Source: a virus | Lineage: Duplodnaviria > Caudoviricetes | Virus record (IMG/VR): IMGVR_UViG_3300022660_000065 | Coordinates: 1 to 64,000 of that record | Length of the DNA: 64,000 bases | Direction: 5' to 3' (one strand) | Shown: positions 58,986 to 64,000 of the stretch, in pieces | Layout: the number at the start of each line of letters is the position of its first letter | Position numbering within the stretch: the first letter of the stretch is position 1 | Position numbers and translations under genes: made by a program | The notes under the pieces: generated by a model | What the model was told of the DNA's origin: nothing | Database searches by the model: none | What the model saw: the letters and a program-made list of their open reading frames with translations, nothing else

Positions 58986-59545
58986 TTTGTCCTCTCCTTT
59001 TCAATCGCATATGCAAGTTCATTTGCCTGTAAAACTATAAGTGAAATGATATTGATAAGTTGTTTCTGAGACTTTAACTCATCGCCATCCTTATCGAGAA
59101 CCCTCATGGCTTCAAACTCAATTGGGGTGAATTTAACCCCAGCATTAGTGGCAAGACAAAGACTCCTCTCACCCACTTTCAACACACCTTCAGTATTGGC
59201 AAACTTATATTTATATCCCCTTTTAAGCCCCCAAGTATCATCGTTTTCAACGAACATTTCTGTCTTGGCTATCTGATGAAGAAGACATACTTTAACTAAC
59301 GAATTATCATCAATATTCGGGAAGGTACCTGAAATATTCTTAGCAATTTTTCTTGCAAGTCCCAAAACCAAATTACAATGCATGACAAGACCTCCCGGAA
59401 AAGCATTGCCTGTATCTTCCGACATTCCTGCAGGTGCATTAAAAAGTTTATTTTCATTAACAATATCAAGCGGACTGATATTGATTTTCATTAATTCTGA
59501 GCAAAAATTTGTATACTCAACATTTTGTCGTTCTTGTGTTAGCAT
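58982..59545 (-). CDS. HD-superfamily-like protein (HQ variant)
   Basis: PGGLVMHC...CLLHQIAK; ATG at 59545 favoured by promoter position. Confidence 0.55.
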   Translation of the reverse strand: MLTQERQNVEYTNFCSELMKINISPLDIVNENKLFNAPAGMSEDTGNAFPGGLVMHCNLVLGLARKIAKNISGTFPNIDDNSLVKVCLLHQIAKTEMFVENDDTWGLKRGYKYKFANTEGVLKVGERSLCLATNAGVKFTPIEFEAMRVLDKDGDELKSQKQLINIISLIVLQANELAYAIEKERTK

Positions 59546-59569
59546 AATAAATAAAATTTTATCCAATGG

Positions 59570-59600
59570 CAAAGATAGTTTTTTATTTTCAAAAAACAAA
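59570..59600 (-). promoter_or_regulatory. Bacteroidota housekeeping-sigma promoter
   Basis: TTTG-N19-TATCTTTG on minus strand. Confidence 0.7.
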
Positions 59601-59601
59601 A

Positions 59602-59628
59602 AACTGCGAGTAAAAAACACTCGCAGTT
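59602..59628 (-). terminator. intrinsic terminator
   Basis: AACTGCGAGT-aaaaaac-ACTCGCAGTT. Confidence 0.7.
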
Positions 59629-59658
59629 AAAAAAAACAATTTAATATGGATGATAGAA

Positions 59659-60891
59659 TCACGATTTCTTGACAATCTCTTTATACCAAGCAGCACGTTC
59701 TGCCGTTACATTAGACAAATTATATTTATCTTTAATTGTCTCGTGAAGGTTAGTTCTTAATTTTTCAATATAGTCAGGGTTCTTGACAAGTTTTTCAATG
59801 GCTTTAGCCCAATCCTTATCTTTTTTCATATTATCAATGAGAATTACATTTCCCTCTTCATTGATTTTTCCCCCTTTTTCAAAGAAATTTTTAGTTCCAA
59901 TCTTATACGGACCAAAATCAGAAACAATTACGGCCTTCTTCATCATACCAGCTTCAATAAGTTTCAACTCAGATTTAAATGAATTGAATTTATTATCAGC
60001 AAGAGGAACCATTAGGACATCAATTTCATTATAATGAGTACAATAGTTCATAATATCTTTTGTCCAACATCTTTTATAAGGTTCATTGTCAACATTAGGA
60101 TACTGAACATTTGGCATATATGCTTTTAAGAATTCGCTATAATGAGGTGAAACTGTTTTATAATCATCAGTCAAAAGTTTTTCATAAACATACCACACGC
60201 TTTCAGTTGGTTTAATAGGACGTGTTGTCATTTCACCCCTTTCATTAAACATCTGTATCGTTCCGCGAAGGTCATAGCCACAAAGGACAATCTGAATCTT
60301 ATCCATAATATCCTTAGGAAGTCTATTAACCATACCCCTTACAATTTCAAGGTCGTGCTGATGAGAGGAACCCATAATGAAACCAAACCTAATTCTATCA
60401 GTCTTTTTAATATCCTTAGGAATGAACTGTTCTTCCTCAGGGTCAATAGCATTAACGAAAATCTTAACATTTGGATTAAACTTTTTCAACTCAGCCTCAA
60501 AAATAGGGGTTGTTGTGGTAACATAATCCGCAAGAGGGACGTTTTCCTTAATAATCTTATCAATACCTGTATTCTTATACCCCAAATAATTAGGATGGAA
60601 CGGCCCGAGGTCCCAATAATCATCAATATCCATTACTGTAGTAATGTTATTTTCCTTACAGAATTGAAGAGCCTTGCGAAATCCTTCAATATCATTGTAC
60701 ACACCTTTGTGAAAATGTACAATATCCTGTTTCTTAATAGTTTCAAGGTCTCGCCAATTGAAATCGTATTTTATTGTAACATCAAATTCATCAGGATAAA
60801 GTTCCTGTAGTTTAGTATGAGGTCTAAGAGAACGATAGTAACCACACCCAAAGGTATCACTTGGTACAACCAATACTTTTATTTTTTTCAT
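59659..60891 (-). CDS. GT-B (GT4-like) glycosyltransferase
   Basis: GCGYYR...P, DIDDYW, ADYVTTTT..., PLADNKFNSFKSELKLIEAG. Confidence 0.8.
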   Translation of the reverse strand: MKKIKVLVVPSDTFGCGYYRSLRPHTKLQELYPDEFDVTIKYDFNWRDLETIKKQDIVHFHKGVYNDIEGFRKALQFCKENNITTVMDIDDYWDLGPFHPNYLGYKNTGIDKIIKENVPLADYVTTTTPIFEAELKKFNPNVKIFVNAIDPEEEQFIPKDIKKTDRIRFGFIMGSSHQHDLEIVRGMVNRLPKDIMDKIQIVLCGYDLRGTIQMFNERGEMTTRPIKPTESVWYVYEKLLTDDYKTVSPHYSEFLKAYMPNVQYPNVDNEPYKRCWTKDIMNYCTHYNEIDVLMVPLADNKFNSFKSELKLIEAGMMKKAVIVSDFGPYKIGTKNFFEKGGKINEEGNVILIDNMKKDKDWAKAIEKLVKNPDYIEKLRTNLHETIKDKYNLSNVTAERAAWYKEIVKKS

Positions 60892-60940
60892 TCTTTAACT
60901 TTTTAAGGAAAATACGCTCTTTTTTGAAAAATGTAAATAA

Positions 60941-60966
60941 AAAAGAGGTTATTTCTAACCTCTTTT
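60941..60966. terminator. intrinsic terminator
   Basis: AAAAGAGGTTA-tttc-TAACCTCTTTT. Confidence 0.7.
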
Positions 60967-61560
60967 CTTATTCTTCTGTTCATTAACATTTCCTTTATAT
61001 TCGAGAACTGCTGAAAAAACATTTCCCGCATGGTCTGTTAACATGATTTTTCCTTCTTTTAGGCGCACCCCTTTAATTACACTTTCATTAAGCGATTTCA
61101 GTTTTCTATCAAGACATTCATCAACAATAGATTTAAACCATTCGCGGTCAAGACCAAAACCATCAGGCTGAGATACAACCCCTTCATTGATAGCCCTTTT
61201 TCCCCTTTCCTGACGTTCATTTTCAGCAATTATTGCTTCCATTCCCGCATAAAAGTTTTTTTCACGTTGATAATCAGGATTAAGACAATCAACATTGATT
61301 TCGGTTTCCATAAATGATTTTTTTATAACATCAGGAAGTCCTGATTCACTAATGGACCTACCTCCACCTTGTTGTTTACCTGTTATCTGTGAAAGGTCAT
61401 ATCCCGCTTCATAAAGTTGGCCTTCAGTCATATAAGTTTCAGGTGCCGCATCGAAGTTAACCGAAGAAATACCCTGCCCGCGATATTCGCTCATTTTTTT
61501 CTCCATATCAGGGCTACACAATGCCTGTGCCCTTCGTAATGATTCCGCATTAAATCCCAT
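60955..61560 (-). CDS. hypothetical protein
   Basis: 201 aa in late-motif operon. Confidence 0.7.
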   Translation of the reverse strand: MGFNAESLRRAQALCSPDMEKKMSEYRGQGISSVNFDAAPETYMTEGQLYEAGYDLSQITGKQQGGGRSISESGLPDVIKKSFMETEINVDCLNPDYQREKNFYAGMEAIIAENERQERGKRAINEGVVSQPDGFGLDREWFKSIVDECLDRKLKSLNESVIKGVRLKEGKIMLTDHAGNVFSAVLEYKGNVNEQKNKKRG

Positions 61561-61581
61561 TTTTAAAATATTTTCTTTTTA

Positions 61582-62505
61582 TTAAGAAAGTCCCCATTCT
61601 TTACGTATTGCTTCAATGTCATCATTCGAGAGTTCATATTCAACGCCTCTATTGTTAACATCCGCTTTAGTTATCGGGGATGAACCTGCAGGTTTAATTG
61701 TGCTACTTCCCACAGGGCTTGAATTTCCAATATCTGTTTTTGTAATTGGCTTTGTCTGTGGCGCATTAATTTTATCTGCAGTCTTTCCTTTAATAATATT
61801 AAAGAGTTCTTGCTCATTGTCAAGCCTTTCCCCACGTTTCTTTGCTTGAGCAAGTTTTCTACGGGCATTATCCTTATCAATTTGCTTCATCATTTCAGGA
61901 GAAACCATTCGTTTATTAGGAGTATTAACCTGAGCCTTGATTCCTTGTAATGGGTCTTCATGTTGAGGTACATATTTCATGAGGTCCTGAACTATTTCTT
62001 CCGACCCATATTGTTCGCCTTGTTTCAATGCACTATCAATTTCCTTTTCTCTTTCTTTTGGAGAAACATCGGCCTTTGTTATAGGTTCATTACCAATCTT
62101 AGGAAACTGTACTGTTTTAGGTCGCCCTTTAATATCAGCAATGTTATATACAATACTCATTGATTCGTCTCCATTTTCATTAAAGCCATTCAAAACTTCA
62201 CCCTTAAATGTCTTTTTTAATGGACGCCATCTTTTAATTCTGTCAAGGCGGAAAAATTTCCATGCAGGGACTTTCGTCTTGGTATCACCATACGGTTCAA
62301 ATGCTCTTATGACAGGATTCCCCGATTTTGTGAGACCATAAGCCACAGGATATATGATGCGACGACCTGTTGCAACCGGCTCCCCCCCCGAATTATAACG
62401 TATTTCCACCTGAGTTAGGTTGTTAATAGCGTCATTCACGTTGGACACTGTTGCAATACTTTCATTAATGAAAGCCTCTTCCAATAGTCTCTTGAAATAA
62501 TCCAT
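61582..62505 (-). CDS. WYL-domain protein without HTH
   Basis: VEIRY...RRIIYP...G...IRAFE...WKFFRLDRIK; C-terminal PITK(A/T)D x3. Confidence 0.7.
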   Translation of the reverse strand: MDYFKRLLEEAFINESIATVSNVNDAINNLTQVEIRYNSGGEPVATGRRIIYPVAYGLTKSGNPVIRAFEPYGDTKTKVPAWKFFRLDRIKRWRPLKKTFKGEVLNGFNENGDESMSIVYNIADIKGRPKTVQFPKIGNEPITKADVSPKEREKEIDSALKQGEQYGSEEIVQDLMKYVPQHEDPLQGIKAQVNTPNKRMVSPEMMKQIDKDNARRKLAQAKKRGERLDNEQELFNIIKGKTADKINAPQTKPITKTDIGNSSPVGSSTIKPAGSSPITKADVNNRGVEYELSNDDIEAIRKEWGLS

Positions 62506-62512
62506 AATAAAA

Positions 62513-62914
62513 TTACTTTATGAAAAACTGTCCGTCTTCGATATTTGCTGAAGTATCAATACTATTTAAACCGTATTGATTATCCTTATCATAAATGTTA
62601 ATTGTCTGAAGCCATTTACGGCCACCATCAACACCTGGACGCCCATTGATGTCATATGCACCGCCACCATTCTCAGTGTCAATTTGCGGGCTAATGCGAT
62701 TTTTAGTCAATTCATTATATCCCATAGGTACGGTATGCTGATGCCCGCCTGAACGGGTACCTTTTCCAAGTGGCTTGGTTACATCACCCTCATGCCATAC
62801 AGCAGTATCATGGTCGGGACCATAAGGATTAGTTTTCTTAATATCGTTTCTAACAAGTTCATGCTCATTTCTGCGCTCGAAACCGATTTTTTCGAGATTT
62901 GACTGTTTAGCCAT
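62513..62914 (-). CDS. hypothetical late protein
   Basis: 133 aa. Confidence 0.7.
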   Translation of the reverse strand: MAKQSNLEKIGFERRNEHELVRNDIKKTNPYGPDHDTAVWHEGDVTKPLGKGTRSGGHQHTVPMGYNELTKNRISPQIDTENGGGAYDINGRPGVDGGRKWLQTINIYDKDNQYGLNSIDTSANIEDGQFFIK

Positions 62915-62933
62915 TTCCTATACTATTTTATTT

Positions 62934-63623
62934 TTATTCTTGGTAAGTTATACCATTATTATTCTTTTTTGTATGGGCCTGCCCATTACCTGAATTTTTA
63001 GTACCCCCTGCTTTCTGATAGACATTTTCAAAACCCATCGCAGCGCGGTTTGCCTTATCGCTTTCCACAGCACCCCTATATGATTTCAATGAGTTCTGAA
63101 CCCATTGTTCCATTTTTTCGCCACCAATGAGATTATAGTTGTTAATATCCTTTTTACCTTCTCTTTCAAAAAAACTTTTCAGTTGTTTCATCTCATCATA
63201 TTTGATATTCCTCTGATTGATAAGGTTATTAAGACGGTCCCAACCTGCAGCATTTTTATCCCCGTTATACATCCTGCAATTATTCTGTAATTGAGAATAT
63301 AATTCTTCCGGAATGGTCCAAGTCCTACCCTGACCCATAGGGACATTCTCACTCAATGTTTTTTTTTTCTCTGCACTGCAATTCATTACAAGAGGCTGAT
63401 GACGTGAAGTACCATTAAAGCCATATGTCTTAGATAAAGTCCTTGCATAATCATCACCCGTCATTGGGTTACCATCCTTTTTCTTGGATAATTTACCACT
63501 AACAGAAACCTCAGTATTTCCATTGAATTCTTTAAAATCCCCTTCCATATTATCAAGATATGAAGAATCAACACCGAGTATTTCATTTAATTGTCTTTCA
63601 GATATGATAATCGTTTTTCCCAT
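62934..63623 (-). CDS. leader-tagged hypothetical protein
   Basis: MGKTIIISERQLNEIL; late motif 63643-63652. Confidence 0.75.
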   Translation of the reverse strand: MGKTIIISERQLNEILGVDSSYLDNMEGDFKEFNGNTEVSVSGKLSKKKDGNPMTGDDYARTLSKTYGFNGTSRHQPLVMNCSAEKKKTLSENVPMGQGRTWTIPEELYSQLQNNCRMYNGDKNAAGWDRLNNLINQRNIKYDEMKQLKSFFEREGKKDINNYNLIGGEKMEQWVQNSLKSYRGAVESDKANRAAMGFENVYQKAGGTKNSGNGQAHTKKNNNGITYQE

Positions 63624-63662
63624 TAGTATACAATATATAACGATAAATAGTTGAATAAAAGA

Positions 63663-63687
63663 AAACCACCTCGAAATGAGGTGGTTT
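63663..63687. terminator. intrinsic terminator
   Basis: AAACCACCTC-gaaat-GAGGTGGTTT. Confidence 0.7.
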
Positions 63688-63689
63688 AA

Positions 63690-64000
63690 TTATGCGTAAA
63701 TTGTCCAAATTTCTTTAAACTTATTAAGGTCTTTGTTTTTCACTAATGTATAACCATCAGAACCATATGAACTACCCCATGAATTTCTTATAATTATACC
63801 ATCGGTATTATACCCAACTATTGAAACTGCATGGTAACCGACAAAATCGCCATACTTTTCATTCCAAAACTCGTCAGCACTATCGGAATTATAAACCGGG
63901 AGAACACCAACACAAGGTCCATTTGCAACTACAGCAAATTTAATAGCAGGGATTGATTTTACCATTGCATAACTTCCTATCTTATAGTTGCCTTTTTTAG
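63690..64000 (-). CDS. papain-like (C1) cysteine peptidase, 3' part
   Basis: GYHAVSIVGY...IIRNSWG..YG.DGY; frame open to window edge. Confidence 0.85.
   Translation of the reverse strand, partial: KKGNYKIGSYAMVKSIPAIKFAVVANGPCVGVLPVYNSDSADEFWNEKYGDFVGYHAVSIVGYNTDGIIIRNSWGSSYGSDGYTLVKNKDLNKFKEIWTIYA

Noticed and set aside
1-64000. Lak-phage-type TAG recoding
   Set aside because: Long genes are intact in code 11, and several (transposase, 20301-24047, 26638-27816) end cleanly at TAG followed by intergenic signals.
1-64000. CRISPR arrays, tRNA or rRNA genes
   Set aside because: No regularly spaced repeats or cloverleaf-compatible sequences noticed by eye; a tRNAscan run would be definitive.

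Overview
This window is a segment of an AT-rich, T4-like jumbo myophage genome in the standard genetic code. Three complete TTTG-N19/20-TATCTTTG promoters point to a Bacteroidota host, and nrdD/nrdG point to an anaerobic one. It contains the head module (portal, prohead protease, scaffold-like proteins, major capsid, neck), a baseplate-spike-like gene and a sigma-like gene. It also carries metabolic genes (nrdDG, GMP reductase, phoH, 5'-nucleotidase, three glycosyltransferases), clpX and a UvrD-like helicase. Main observations: (1) Two fractured genes, a ClpC-type ATPase and a GMP reductase, are each split by a trans-splicing intein with a free-standing Vsr-like endonuclease between the halves; the Clp intein is atypically split (31-aa IntN, 120-aa IntC). 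(2) More than a dozen otherwise unrelated proteins share a leader (K-x-I-x-L/I-T/S-E...ES-V/T-K-R-I/V-L-x-E) rich in T4-gp21-type (I/L)-x-E sites, attached to varied cargo domains, suggesting a head-packaging tag for injected effectors. (3) A complete 2277-bp IS1595-family element (28-bp TIRs, 8-bp TSD) carries such a tagged passenger gene under a phage late-type promoter and disrupts another tagged gene. (4) A remnant of a second, related transposase at 34.1 kb again abuts tagged genes. (5) A candidate late promoter, RAY/RGA-TATTTAT, occurs about 19 times; there is also a candidate A10 slippage site and an in-frame TGA between virion-type ORFs. All domain calls are by motif recognition only; no database searches were run.
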